64,000 nt of DNA from Candidatus Aldehydirespirator sp. (GCA_965203635.1 OZ241903.1:292232-356231), one strand, 5' to 3'; numbered from the stretch's first letter, positions 46,046-58,523 are shown. Program-made: numbers and translations. Notes: generated by a model from the letters alone, not told the origin.

Positions 46046-47446
46046 ATGTCCACTCTGCTGCTCAAGGATGCGGACGTCGTCATCACCCTGGACGCGCTCG
46101 GCACCACGATCCCGGGCGGCAGCGTCTACATCCGCGACAACATCATTGAGCGGGTAGGGCCCGCGCCGGACCTGCCCGACACTGCGGACGAGACCGTCGA
46201 CGCAACAGGCCTGGCCCTTGCCCCCGGCCTAATCAACACCCACCACCACTTCTTCCAGTCTCTGTTCCGCGCCGTGCCCGGGGCGCAGGACTGCGGGCTG
46301 CTCGACTGGCTGGGCCGGCTGCTCCCCCTCTACGCCGGTGTCGACGGAGAGGCAGTCAGGGTCGCCTCGTTGACGGCAATGGCCGAACTCTTGCTCTCGG
46401 GTTGCACCACCAGCAGCGATCACCACTACATGTTCTTGCACGACGCCTCAATCGATGCTCAGATCGAATCCGCCTCGGAGATCGGCATGCGTGTGCACGC
46501 GACGCGAGGGTCGATGTCGCTGGGCGAGAGCCACGGCGGCTTGATCGACGACGGCCTCGTCGAGGACGAGGACGCAATCATGGCCGACAGTGTCCGCCTC
46601 ATCGAGCGCTACCACGACCCGTCGCCTCTGGCCATGCTGCGCATCGGCCTGGCGCCGTCAACTCCGTTCGCCGTCAGCAAGGAGCTGATGAGGGAGTCAG
46701 CCGCGCTTGCTCGGTCGTATTCCAACGTCAGCCTGCACACCCATGTCGCCGAGACCCTCGACGAGATCGAGTACTGCGGCCAGCGTTTCGGGCAGCGTCC
46801 GGCCCAATACATGGAGGAGGTGGGTTGGCTCGGACCGGACGTCTGGTGGGCGCATGCCGTGCACCTGAACGATGCCGAACTCGCGATGCTGGCGGAGACG
46901 AGCACCGGGATCGCTCACTGCCCGTCCTCCAACATGCGCCTCGGGTCGGGGGTGTGCCGTGTGCGCGACATGCTGGCGGCGGGAGTCAAGGTCGGGCTGG
47001 GCGTCGACGGCTCAGCCAGCAACGACACGGGCCACCTCCTGGCTGAGGCTCGCGCCGCGTTGCTGTTGCAGCGGGTCGTGCACGGCGCAGACTGTCTGGG
47101 GGTCGAAGCGACACTGCGAGTTGCGACGCTGGGCGGCGCGTCAGTCCTCGGCCGTCTCAGCGAGCTCGGCTCGCTGGAGGTCGGGAAGGCCGCGGATGTG
47201 ATCGGGATCGACCTTCACACGGTCTCGATGTCGGGTGGCGCCGTCCACGACCCGGTCGCCGCGTTGCTGCTGTGCTCGGTCGACCGCGTCGACCTGTCCA
47301 TCATCAACGGGCGCCAGGTGATCAGGGACGGCAGGATCCTGACCATCGATTTGGAAGCGCTGGTGGGCCGCCACAACGAGATCGCTCGGCGGCTGGCGGC
47401 GGGCCATGCCGGTTACTGGGATCCGGCGGATCCGAACCGGCGCTAG
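46046..47446 (+). CDS. Amidohydrolase-superfamily deaminase (8-oxoguanine/guanine-deaminase-like)
   Basis: MSTLLLKDADVVITLD..., GLINTHHHFFQ metal site, ...HCPSSNMRLGSG, ...GVDGSASND. Confidence 0.85.
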   Translation: MSTLLLKDADVVITLDALGTTIPGGSVYIRDNIIERVGPAPDLPDTADETVDATGLALAPGLINTHHHFFQSLFRAVPGAQDCGLLDWLGRLLPLYAGVDGEAVRVASLTAMAELLLSGCTTSSDHHYMFLHDASIDAQIESASEIGMRVHATRGSMSLGESHGGLIDDGLVEDEDAIMADSVRLIERYHDPSPLAMLRIGLAPSTPFAVSKELMRESAALARSYSNVSLHTHVAETLDEIEYCGQRFGQRPAQYMEEVGWLGPDVWWAHAVHLNDAELAMLAETSTGIAHCPSSNMRLGSGVCRVRDMLAAGVKVGLGVDGSASNDTGHLLAEARAALLLQRVVHGADCLGVEATLRVATLGGASVLGRLSELGSLEVGKAADVIGIDLHTVSMSGGAVHDPVAALLLCSVDRVDLSIINGRQVIRDGRILTIDLEALVGRHNEIARRLAAGHAGYWDPADPNRR

Positions 47447-49041
47447 CCGACCGGTGACGGGACCGATCGGCGGGGGACGGTCACCTCGATCACGGTGCCG
47501 CGGGGTGCGTCGGCCGATGCCGCCTTGATGGTGATCGAGCCGCCGAGGTCGTGAACCACGAAGGTGCGCACGATGGTGAGGCCGAGCCCGGCGTCGCGGT
47601 CCAGCGAGAAGCCCTCGGGCACACCGGGTCCGTCGTCGGTGATGCGCATGGTCAACGTGCTGGCGGTGCGGGCCAGGCGCACCTCGACGAGCTCCCCCGC
47701 GCCCGCGGGAGGTGCGGCGTGCTGGAAGGCGTTCTGCACCAACTCCACCAGCACCACCGCCAGCGGCATCGCCGTCTCACCGTCGATCTCGCCAACGGCC
47801 CCCTCCACCTGAATCTTGAGGGGCCGCTCCGCCGGGGCGAGACCATCCTCCACCAAGCGCACAAGCGGGCCCACGATCTCATCGAAGTCGAGGTCGGAGG
47901 TGGTGTCGAGAGCCAGATGCTCATGCACCATGGCGATCGACGAGACCCGCCGGACCGAGGACTCGACGGCCGTCTTCGCCTCCGCGCTGCCCAGGCGGCG
48001 AGCCTGGATCTGCAGCAGCGAACTCACCGTCTGCAGGTTGTTCTTGACCCGATGGTGGATCTCGCGGATCGTCGCATCCTTGGACAGGAGCAGGCGGTCG
48101 TGGTGGCGCAACTCGGACACGTCCCGGAGCATCGCCACCGCCCCGGTGATCCGGTCCTCGGCCACCATGGGGTAGGCCCGCAGCACGACCACGATCATCG
48201 ATCCGGCCGTGAACTCGGCCACCGTGGAACGCCGGCGCCAGAACGAGCGGCGTATCACCGTGTCGTCCAGTCCGAGGTCGCTGAGGCTGCTGCCCGGCAC
48301 CGAGCGGGTCACGCCCAAGCGGTGCAGGGCGCTGCGGGCGTTGGGCGAGGCGTAGCTGATCCGGCCCTGCCGGTCCAGCACCAGCACTCCATCGCCGACA
48401 CGGGGCTCGCGGAACTCGCCGACCCGCTCCATACGCTCGTAGGGGAACGCGCCCTCGGCGATCATCCGCGCGAAGCGGTTGTACAAGCCTCGGTAGACGG
48501 TCTCCAACGGATTCTCGTGGCGGATGGGAGCCGGTGCCGCCTCGCGCGAGAGCACCGCCACCGGCGCGTCGTCGCAACGGACGGGCACATAGTCCACGAC
48601 CCGACGGCGGTCGCGTCGCGGCAGGCTGTCGGCCTCCTCCACGACCGTGTCATCGCCCACGACGGGCAGGGAACCGGCCTCTGCCACCTCCGCCTCGCCC
48701 GCCTCGCCGGTATCCATCGCAGCCTGCAGCCAGGCCAAGGCGGGCCCCTGCATGATGGTGCCCACCGGGTCGACCACATGAACGGTGGGGCCGGTGTTGG
48801 CCCGGGCGTGGGCCAGCACCACGAAGCCACCGTCGGCGCTGACGGTCTCGCTGGACGCCAGATCTGAGGCGCCCGCCATCGTGGCCGGATCGAAGCCGGC
48901 GACGCAGGGGGCGTACAGCAGCAGATCCCCGAAGGAGAGGTCGGCCAGCGGCGCCCACGAGGCCACCAGCCGGTGCAGATGATCGATGGAGCGCTCGTCG
49001 AGCGCGGTGCCGGCCCGGGCCAACTCCGCGAGACCGACCAC
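47443..49041 (-). CDS. pdtaS: PdtaS-type sensor histidine kinase (GAF/PAS, HisKA_2, HATPase)
   Basis: H-box EIHHRVKNNLQTVSSLL and ATPase N/G boxes ELVQNAFQHA, DDGPGVP, GLGL. Confidence 0.85.
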   Translation of the reverse strand: MVGLAELARAGTALDERSIDHLHRLVASWAPLADLSFGDLLLYAPCVAGFDPATMAGASDLASSETVSADGGFVVLAHARANTGPTVHVVDPVGTIMQGPALAWLQAAMDTGEAGEAEVAEAGSLPVVGDDTVVEEADSLPRRDRRRVVDYVPVRCDDAPVAVLSREAAPAPIRHENPLETVYRGLYNRFARMIAEGAFPYERMERVGEFREPRVGDGVLVLDRQGRISYASPNARSALHRLGVTRSVPGSSLSDLGLDDTVIRRSFWRRRSTVAEFTAGSMIVVVLRAYPMVAEDRITGAVAMLRDVSELRHHDRLLLSKDATIREIHHRVKNNLQTVSSLLQIQARRLGSAEAKTAVESSVRRVSSIAMVHEHLALDTTSDLDFDEIVGPLVRLVEDGLAPAERPLKIQVEGAVGEIDGETAMPLAVVLVELVQNAFQHAAPPAGAGELVEVRLARTASTLTMRITDDGPGVPEGFSLDRDAGLGLTIVRTFVVHDLGGSITIKAASADAPRGTVIEVTVPRRSVPSPVG

Positions 49042-49065
49042 CGCTGCGGTACTCCGCTCGGCCTC

Positions 49066-49293
49066 TCAGCCGAAGCCGATGGGGTGGGAGCCGGGCGGAC
49101 CCATCTCCACATGGGTGAGGCGCGATGCGGCCACCGCGATCTCCCGGCCCTTGTCGTCGGTCAGCCACAGCACCGGGACCTTGCCGTTCAGAGCCGCCTC
49201 GACCGACGCCTTGATGTTCTCGCGGTCGGCGTCGTCGGGGAGGTTCACGGTGATGGGTTGGGGGTTGTCGGCGATGCCGATGCGAAGCTCCAC
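49066..49293 (-). CDS. DUF3107 family protein
   Basis: GTG 49293 gives VELRIGIADNPQPITVNL...VLWLTDDKGREIAV. It lies 12 nt downstream of the mrp stop. Confidence 0.7.
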   Translation of the reverse strand: MELRIGIADNPQPITVNLPDDADRENIKASVEAALNGKVPVLWLTDDKGREIAVAASRLTHVEMGPPGSHPIGFG

Positions 49294-49304
49294 TCTGTTC
49301 TCCT

Positions 49305-50444
49305 TCAGACGATCTTCAACTCGGGATGGGTTCGTTTGGTGGGGCCGTGGGCTTCGATCCACGACGCCATCGCGGCGAAGACCGACGACGCTTCAGAACC
49401 GGGATCCACCGCCATTATGGGCCGACCGTGGTCGCTGCCCTCGCGCAGCGGGATGGTCATGGGAACCTGGCCAATCAGCTCCACGTCGAGTATGCGGGCC
49501 AGTTCCGCCCCGCCGCCCGAGCCGAAGAGCTGGTAGCGCTTGCCGTCGTCGCCGGTGAACCACGACATGTTCTCGATCACGCCCCGCACCGCGATGTTCA
49601 CCTTGGAGAACATGAACGCAGAGCGCTGGGCCACCCTCTGGGCCGCGGGGTTGGGCGTGGTCACCACGTAGGCCTCGGCCCGGGGCAGGAACTGCGCCAG
49701 CGACAGCGAGATGTCACCGGTGCCGGGCGGGAGGTCGACCAGCAGGAAATCGGGGTCGTCCCAGAACACGTCGGTGAGGAACTGCTCGAGAGCCTTGTGC
49801 AGCATCGGGCCCCGCCAGATCACCGGCTGGTCCTCCTGGGCGAAGAAGCCCATCGAGATGCAGCGCACGCCGTGCACCTCCGGCGGAACGATCATGTCGT
49901 CGATCACCACCGGGGCCCGGTCCACTCCCAGCATCCTCGGTATCGAGAAGCCCCACACGTCGGCGTCCACGACCGCGGTGGAGTGGCCCTTCGCGGCGAG
50001 GGCGATGGCCAGGTTGGCGGTGACCGACGACTTGCCCACCCCGCCCTTGCCCGAGGCGACCAGGAGCGTGCGGGTGGCATTCCCGGGCTCTGCGAACGGG
50101 ATGGCCCGACCCTCGGCGTGGCCGTGGGCATGGGCGGATCCGGCGGTGGCGGCCGGGTTGCCGTGCAGCTTCGTGCGCAACTCGGCCCGCTCGGCATCGC
50201 TCATCACGGTGAAGTCCAGGGTGACCGCGGCCACGCCGTCGAGTTCGAGCAGAGCGTCGGTCACCCGGCGCTGGATCTCGCTGCGCAGCGGGCAGCCCGC
50301 CACCGTGAGCGCGATGCGCACATCGGCGTGGCCCCCGTCGATGGTGAAACCCCTGTACATGCCGAGATCGACGATGCTGCGGTGCAGCTCAGGGTCCTCC
50401 ACCGGTCGGAGGGCCTCGATCACCTCCGCTTCCGTGACGGCCAC
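49305..50444 (-). CDS. mrp: Mrp/ApbC Fe-S cluster carrier ATPase with an N-terminal DUF59 domain
   Basis: SGKGGVGKSSVTANLA deviant Walker A and the CPLR DUF59 motif. Confidence 0.93.
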   Translation of the reverse strand: MAVTEAEVIEALRPVEDPELHRSIVDLGMYRGFTIDGGHADVRIALTVAGCPLRSEIQRRVTDALLELDGVAAVTLDFTVMSDAERAELRTKLHGNPAATAGSAHAHGHAEGRAIPFAEPGNATRTLLVASGKGGVGKSSVTANLAIALAAKGHSTAVVDADVWGFSIPRMLGVDRAPVVIDDMIVPPEVHGVRCISMGFFAQEDQPVIWRGPMLHKALEQFLTDVFWDDPDFLLVDLPPGTGDISLSLAQFLPRAEAYVVTTPNPAAQRVAQRSAFMFSKVNIAVRGVIENMSWFTGDDGKRYQLFGSGGGAELARILDVELIGQVPMTIPLREGSDHGRPIMAVDPGSEASSVFAAMASWIEAHGPTKRTHPELKIV

Positions 50445-50543
50445 GGCCGTAGGCTAACGGCGTGTCCAGGACGGGCCTCAGTGCTACAGCGGGTGACGGT
50501 GGGGGTGGCCGCTCCGTCGTGGACGCCTAGAGAGCGCGGATCG

Positions 50544-51020
50544 ATGCTGCACCTCGTGCGCCATGCCGACGCGGGAAGCCGGATGGCCTGGGTCGGCAAC
50601 GACTTCGAGCGACCGCTGGACGATCACGGACGGATGCAGGCCGACGCCATCGGCGCGGCCCTGGCCTCCCGGCCGGTGCGTCGCATCCTGTCGAGCCCGT
50701 ATGTGCGCTGCGTGGAGACCGTCGTGCCGCTGGGTCGGGCGCTGGGGCTGCCCGTGGAGACTTGCGACGAACTCGCCGAGGGCTCATTCGTCGGCGATGC
50801 CTTCGATCTGCTGCGATCGCTGGCTTCAGCCGAGGGTGACTCGGTGCTGTGCGGCCACGGCGATGTCATTCCCGGGCTGCTGTGGGTGCTGGCCCAGTAC
50901 GGGCTGGATATCCCTGATCTGGGAAGGTGCAAGAAGGGGTCGATCTGGGAGCTGGACGTGAGCGACGGCCGAATCGTGGGCGCCGCCTACCGGCACCCGC
51001 GCACCTTCGGGGCAGCCTGA
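50544..51020 (+). CDS. SixA-like histidine phosphatase family protein
   Basis: LHLVRHADAG (RHx motif) and ...CGHGDVIP. Confidence 0.7.
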   Translation: MLHLVRHADAGSRMAWVGNDFERPLDDHGRMQADAIGAALASRPVRRILSSPYVRCVETVVPLGRALGLPVETCDELAEGSFVGDAFDLLRSLASAEGDSVLCGHGDVIPGLLWVLAQYGLDIPDLGRCKKGSIWELDVSDGRIVGAAYRHPRTFGAA

Positions 51021-51026
51021 CTGCGA

Positions 51027-51066
51027 TTCCCGCTCCTGTTCGCTGCGCTCACGGGCCGCTCAGGCC
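51027..51066 (+). repeat. Intergenic repeat family, copy C (shorter)
   Basis: ttcccgctcctgttcgctgcgctcacgggccgctcaggcc, located between convergent genes. It contains the stop codon of the minus-strand HD gene. Confidence 0.8.
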
Positions 51067-51641
51067 GTGTATTGGGGCGGCCCAGCGAAGACCTCTTCCA
51101 GCAGCGGGGCGAAGTCCTCGATCGGAAGGTCGTCGTAGTGGGGGTCGAAGCAGTTCTGGTCGTATGAGGCGCAGAAGTCGACGCAACGGTCGTAGTGCGG
51201 CGACTCCGCGTAACGCTCTCTGGCGTTGCGGTCACCGCCGAGGTGATGGAAGTAGTAGTAGCCCTGGAACAGCCCGTGGTGACGCACCACCCACTCCGTC
51301 TCGGAGCTCACATAAGGGGCGAGGATGGCGGCCGCCACCGCGCTGTGGTTGTCGGGGGCCAGCACGTCGCCGATGTCGTGCAACAGCGCGGCCACCACGA
51401 ACTCCGAGGACTCGCCGTTGCGCAGCGCCCGGGTGGCCGACTGGCGGCAGTGTCGGGCCCGGTCGATCTGGTACCCGAGGGTGGGGCCCTCGAGCATCCG
51501 CATCACCGACAGCAGGTGCGTCACCAGCGTGTCGCGGGCGTGGCCCTCGAAGATCTGCGACAGCTGCTCGTAGTCCCCGCGGGTGCCGTCGGCCATGGCC
51601 GTCCAGCCCACTGTGAAGGTGTCGGCGAGTGTGTCAGACAT
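51060..51641 (-). CDS. HD-domain metal-dependent phosphohydrolase/oxygenase-like protein
   Basis: ATG 51641. ...AALLHDIGDV... HD motif and further His clusters (RHHGLFQGYYYFHH). Confidence 0.7.
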   Translation of the reverse strand: MSDTLADTFTVGWTAMADGTRGDYEQLSQIFEGHARDTLVTHLLSVMRMLEGPTLGYQIDRARHCRQSATRALRNGESSEFVVAALLHDIGDVLAPDNHSAVAAAILAPYVSSETEWVVRHHGLFQGYYYFHHLGGDRNARERYAESPHYDRCVDFCASYDQNCFDPHYDDLPIEDFAPLLEEVFAGPPQYTA

Positions 51642-51690
51642 AACGTTCACCCTCCTCCCCGCGGCCGGCGCCGCGGAGTCACGCCGCAAT

Positions 51691-53052
51691 CTACTGCCCG
51701 ATGATCTCGATGTCCGGGTAGAACGCGGCCGCCGCGAACCAGAACGTGTCGAGGTGCTCGACCGGTTCCAGCGAGGCGCCGACCGGATCGGACGGCTGGC
51801 CCAGGATGTCGTAGACCACGCCGGTGGCCGCATCCACGAAGCCGCCGCCGTCGGCCACGGAAAGATCCAGCAGCCGGCCGTCAACTGAGCCCACGAACAC
51901 GCCGGTGGCGCCCACGTCGCGGCCCTCCTCGATCAGGGGGCTGTCGAGGGCGCTGGCCGTGCCCGGCTCGAACAGGGCCACCAGCTCGCGGCCGGCGAAG
52001 GTGAACGGCACGACCCGGCGCTCGGCCAGCACGTCGTTGGGGATGACCGCTCCCTCGGCGCCGTCTCGCAGGGCGACCACCCTGGTGATCGGTTCGAGCC
52101 GGTCATCGGTGGGGCCGCTGAACAGGAAGGGACGGTTGTTGGAGTCGTAGAACTCGTAGGGGTTCTGTCCGTACCGGCGGGAATGGCCGGTGTCGAGGCT
52201 GAGCACGCGGCCATCGGGGTGCGATGCCAGGAAGGCTTCGAAGGACACGGTCTGGACCGGTATCAAGTCCAGTTCGGACCCGACGAGATGGCCGACCACC
52301 GCCTGGCCGGTGTAGTGGGACCACAGGCTCTCGGTCTGGCGGTCGTACATCACCAGCGACGAGTTCAACAGCGCTCCGGAGGTGCCGAAGTCGAGAATGC
52401 GGTCCCCTACCCGTCGGTCGTAGGCGACCGCGGAGTTGCACAACGGGCAGTACGACACCGTGACCGGCACCCCTCCCACCGTGCCATTCACGAGCTCGTG
52501 CCAGGTCATGATCCGCAGCGGGTAGGCCCGGGCGTCGCCGTTGACCTCCAGTGCCAGCACCGGCTCCACCCCGGCCAGCCACTCCACCCCAGAGGCTGGC
52601 TCGAAGGCGGGATCCTCGAGGGCGGGGATGGCGTCAGGGGGCACGACCCCGCGGATCTCGTCGACGTCGATGAGCGGCGGGGGCTGATCTGGGTGGAAGG
52701 GATCGCGCAGTGCGCTGAGCACGTCCTCGCGCGGCGTGGACTCGATCGGCTCGCCCCCTAGGCCGGGTGTCGAGTCACTCGCTGCGCCGGTCGCGGCAGT
52801 GGTCGGCGCGGCGGCCCCTCCGACCTGTTCATCCTCGCCGCCGGCCGGCTCGGGTTCCGCGCCCGGATCGGACTCGGCGTGTTCACTCGGTTCGCTGCCG
52901 GCTGCCAACTCCGGGGACGTCGACGCACCGTTGACGGGCGTCTCACGGTCATCGGGAGAGGAGTCCGAGCAGCCGAGGACCGCAACGACCAGGACCACGG
53001 CCACCAGCACGAGCGCGGCCCTCCCGGAAACAACTCGCATCTTGCAGGCCAT
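51691..53052 (-). CDS. DUF3179 domain lipoprotein
   Basis: Lipobox AVLGCSD, low-complexity linker and VSYCPLCNSAVAYDR (DUF3179 signature). Confidence 0.8.
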   Translation of the reverse strand: MACKMRVVSGRAALVLVAVVLVVAVLGCSDSSPDDRETPVNGASTSPELAAGSEPSEHAESDPGAEPEPAGGEDEQVGGAAAPTTAATGAASDSTPGLGGEPIESTPREDVLSALRDPFHPDQPPPLIDVDEIRGVVPPDAIPALEDPAFEPASGVEWLAGVEPVLALEVNGDARAYPLRIMTWHELVNGTVGGVPVTVSYCPLCNSAVAYDRRVGDRILDFGTSGALLNSSLVMYDRQTESLWSHYTGQAVVGHLVGSELDLIPVQTVSFEAFLASHPDGRVLSLDTGHSRRYGQNPYEFYDSNNRPFLFSGPTDDRLEPITRVVALRDGAEGAVIPNDVLAERRVVPFTFAGRELVALFEPGTASALDSPLIEEGRDVGATGVFVGSVDGRLLDLSVADGGGFVDAATGVVYDILGQPSDPVGASLEPVEHLDTFWFAAAAFYPDIEIIGQ

Positions 53053-53101
53053 ATCGGAGCAAACCTAACGTCACACACTCTTACCTCACGGGAGGTTGCC
53101 C

Positions 53102-54076
53102 ATGAGCGATCCTGTCGCCGCTCACGATCCCGCCACGGAGGCGGCTGCCGACGTCGGCGACCGGTACGACGTCCGTGTGCTGGAGCCCAGCCCGCCGGCG
53201 GTGGCCGAGGGGCCGTTCTGGGCCGACGATCCCGCCGATCCCGCACCCTCCGGGGACAACCCGGTGGTGGCGCCGCACTGCGGGGGCGACCTGAGCTGGG
53301 ACGAGCTCATCGCCGCCCGGCCGGATCTGGCCGGCTTCGCGGCCGACCGATGGCTCGGCGCCCGCCGGCGCCTCGGCAACCTGCCCCGGAACTACCCGTC
53401 GGCGCTGTTCGACTTCCACCGGTTGGCCTATTCGGTGGTGGCCGAGGCCCGCTACCAGTGCAACGGCAAATTCGGGCTGCGGTATGTGCGGGGTGGCTTC
53501 GGCACCCCGTTCTTCGGCGACGACGTCCAGGTGAGGGTGGCCGGCGATCGGCTGGTGGTCCAGGAGGCCGGGCAGGCCCGTGCCGCAGCCATCACCACGC
53601 TGCGCGAGGCCGGCGAGTTCGTGGGCGTCGACCCGGGCACCACCGCCCGGGAGCACGACAGCCCCGAACTGGGCGACATCGACCGCCCTCTCGACGTGCG
53701 GGCCGACGTCGGCGAGTTCCTGGGGGCCTGGTTCGGACTGGCCACCGCCGCGCTCGAGGAACTGCGCTTCACGCCCGGGGTGATCGATCCCGAGCGGGTG
53801 CAGCTATGGCCCGGGCACTTCGATCCCGCCATCGCGGCCGGCGACGCCGAGTCGGGCCGCCGGGCCACCTATGGCTTCTCCCCGGGCGACCATTCCCACG
53901 ATGAGCCCTACATCTACGTGGCCGCTTGGGGTGACGTCGACCGGTCCGACCCGTTCTGGAACGAGGAGGACTTCAACGGCGCGTCGCTGGCGTTCCGCGA
54001 TCTCGTCTTAGCCGACGACCATTACGGGGCCGCAGTCGCCTTCCTCCGGGCCGGCTACGCCTGTCTCAACCGCTGA
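53102..54076 (+). CDS. Conserved hypothetical protein
   Basis: GGGAGG lies 6 nt before ATG 53102. The ORF is clean and has coding-like composition, but no family was recognised with confidence. Confidence 0.55.
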   Translation: MSDPVAAHDPATEAAADVGDRYDVRVLEPSPPAVAEGPFWADDPADPAPSGDNPVVAPHCGGDLSWDELIAARPDLAGFAADRWLGARRRLGNLPRNYPSALFDFHRLAYSVVAEARYQCNGKFGLRYVRGGFGTPFFGDDVQVRVAGDRLVVQEAGQARAAAITTLREAGEFVGVDPGTTAREHDSPELGDIDRPLDVRADVGEFLGAWFGLATAALEELRFTPGVIDPERVQLWPGHFDPAIAAGDAESGRRATYGFSPGDHSHDEPYIYVAAWGDVDRSDPFWNEEDFNGASLAFRDLVLADDHYGAAVAFLRAGYACLNR

Positions 54077-55442
54077 TCGCGGCTCGCAGACCCTGAGTCT
54101 CGATGAGGCGCACCAGATCGGGGGGTTGGTGCTGTAGGGCGTCGAAGGCGTCCAGGTCGGCGCGGGCCGCGGCGGCGTCGCCCTGCTGCCAGCGAGCCAG
54201 AGCCCGATACACCAGAGCCCCGGCGTTGGCCGGGTCGGCGGCGAGAGCCTCATCGAGGTAGCCGACACCCAGTTCAGCCAGTTCGGCGTCGCCGCTTCGG
54301 ACCAGCAGCCAGCCCCGGCCGGCCAGCGCCTCGGGCTCGCCGGGCTGCGCCGCCAGCACCCAATCGACGAGTTGCACCGCTTCGAGCAGCTCGCCTCGGG
54401 TCGCCAGAGCCTCGGCCGCGGCCAGCGCCTCGGCCACCGTGAGGGCCGTCTCGGCAAAGGCGGGGCGGTCCTCTGCGGGACCCAGGCCCTCCACCGCCTG
54501 CAGCGCGGTCTCGTCTCGGGCCGCCGCCACCCTCTCGCGTACTTGTGACTGGGCCAGCAGTTGCTCGGCGTAGGGGGGCGGGTCCAGAGAGTCGAACACG
54601 GCCAGTTCCGACGCCGCGCCGGATCCGTCCCCCTGGTCCAGAGCCACGATGGCCCGGAACAGCCGGGCGTCGGGGTAGGCGGGGTCCACCGCAATGGCGT
54701 CGTCGAGATACTCCACCGCGGTGTTCAGATCGCCGCGGCGGGACGTGAGCCAGCCCCGGTAGGTGAGGGCCTCCGCGCTGGACGGCTGGAGCTCGAGCGC
54801 TTCGTCGTAGGCGGCGATGGCGCCCGCCATGTCGCCTTCGCCCAACCGCCGCTGGGCCTCGAAGATCAGCTCGCGGGTAGTGACCCGTATCTCGCCGGTG
54901 ATGGAGCCCTCGGTGCTGCGGCTGCCCGACGAACGGGCCACGAGCAGGCCCGCCGCGCCGGCCACGACCACGACGGCGACCGTCCATACCGCCGCGTTGC
55001 GCCAACGCCGTCGCCGCACCGCCATCGGCGGCTGGGGCGGGTCGTGGGCCGGTCGCCGGTCTGATCGCAGCATCCCCACCACCACGGCCGCGATACCGCC
55101 GCCGGCGAGAACAGGAAGGATCCACACCAGGCTGGTGATGCCCGACCCCGAGGGGTTGTAGTCGATGTCGACGTCGTAGGCGGCCACCAGCTGATCCCGG
55201 ATGTAGGCGTCGCTGCGGCCCTCGTCCACCCATACCGCGACCTGTCGCCGGATCTCGCGGGCCACCGGCACGTCGCTCTCGGCCACCGACTGGCCCGCAC
55301 ACACGGGACAGGCGAAGTCCTCGGCCAGAGCTCGGACCCGGTCGGCGTTGGTCCTGGGAGGGCCCTCGTCCAGCGCGCCGTACACGAACGCCCCCGCGGC
55401 GATCACGACGGCCGCGATCCAGCTTGCGGTCCGCCAACTCAT
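54066..55442 (-). CDS. ccmH: Cytochrome c maturation CcmH fused to a TPR (CcmI-like) domain
   Basis: FACPVCAGQSVAESD (CxxC), a TM segment, then Ala-rich TPR repeats. Confidence 0.8.
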   Translation of the reverse strand: MSWRTASWIAAVVIAAGAFVYGALDEGPPRTNADRVRALAEDFACPVCAGQSVAESDVPVAREIRRQVAVWVDEGRSDAYIRDQLVAAYDVDIDYNPSGSGITSLVWILPVLAGGGIAAVVVGMLRSDRRPAHDPPQPPMAVRRRRWRNAAVWTVAVVVVAGAAGLLVARSSGSRSTEGSITGEIRVTTRELIFEAQRRLGEGDMAGAIAAYDEALELQPSSAEALTYRGWLTSRRGDLNTAVEYLDDAIAVDPAYPDARLFRAIVALDQGDGSGAASELAVFDSLDPPPYAEQLLAQSQVRERVAAARDETALQAVEGLGPAEDRPAFAETALTVAEALAAAEALATRGELLEAVQLVDWVLAAQPGEPEALAGRGWLLVRSGDAELAELGVGYLDEALAADPANAGALVYRALARWQQGDAAAARADLDAFDALQHQPPDLVRLIETQGLRAAISG

Positions 55443-55986
55443 GACGGCGCCGAGAGCCGATCGATCACGTCATCGATGCCGTCGGCGGTGACCCCGCCCA
55501 GCTGCTTCCACACGACCACCCCCGAGGGAGCCACCAGGTAGGACTCGGGCACGCCGGTCACGCCGTAGGCCACGGCCGCCTGTCTCGCGCCGGTGGCCAC
55601 CACGGGCCAGTCGCCGCCATGGGCCGCGAAGAACTCCCGCACGTTCTCGACGCTGTCGTCGAACACCACCGACACGATCCGGGCGTCGCCGGCTGCCGAG
55701 TGACGCTCGTCGAAGTCGACGAGTTCGGGATGCTCCATGATGCACGGCACGCAAGTGCTCTGGAAGAAGTTGACGACAACCCACCGGCCACGCCAGTCGT
55801 CGAGATCGAAGGGCTCACCCGCCACCGTCGTCCCGACCACAGCGGGCGCCAAGCCTCCCAGGATGGGGCTGGACGCCTTGCGCTCGAACGCGGAGTCCCG
55901 GGTGGCCAGCACCACGACCAGCAGCGCGGCCGCGGCCGCCACCGGCAGCGCGATCCAGAGCGACCGCCGGCGCCGGCCACCGCTGT

Positions 55987-55990
<4 letters not shown>
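55439..55990 (-). CDS. ccmG: Thiol:disulfide oxidoreductase CcmG/DsbE (TlpA-like)
   Basis: ATG 55990 overlaps the ccmF stop. WVVVNFFQSTCVPCIMEHPEL and GVTGVPESYL. Confidence 0.85.
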
Positions 55991-57947
<1,957 letters not shown>

Positions 57948-57951
<4 letters not shown>

Positions 57952-58523
57952 GGCTCTGATGGTTCCAAGTGCGGGAGACGACGGACGCCCTCGTCGGCTT
58001 CGACGATGCGCTCGTCGTAGTCGTCGCGGTTGCGGTAGTCGTTGTCGTGCTTCACCAGCATCCGGTCCGAAGCGAAATGCCAGTCGTGCGCCGCCGCCCG
58101 GCCTGGGCTGCGACCTTGCCTCCAGGCCCCTTCGAGGACCACCGGCACGCCGGGCTGGAACAGCTCGGGCGGGTCGCCGGTGTGGATCACGTCCACCACT
58201 ACCCCGTCGAAGCCGACGGCGAAGGCCAGCACCGGCCGGTCGTCCCAGAAGGCGTGCACCGCATGGTCCAACGGCGTCCCCTGGAGGCGGAAACGCTGCG
58301 AGGCCAACTCGTCACGTCGCTCCACCGCCTCGTCGGCGTTGTAGAAGTACAGCGCGGCGTCGCCGAGCAGGTTCGACACGAGCAGCGCCACTCCCCCGGC
58401 CACGACCACGGTCACCAGCGCGGCGATCCAGCGCCGGGTGCGGGCGGGGCGCTGAACAGGACGCGGGGTGAGCGGCGAGAGTTCCGTGTCCACGGCGTCC
58501 GCCGTGCCGTCCATGGCTCTCAC
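57948..58523 (-). CDS. ccmE: Heme chaperone CcmE
   Basis: TM anchor plus OB domain. MLVKHDNDY contains the heme-binding His and Tyr. Confidence 0.85.
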
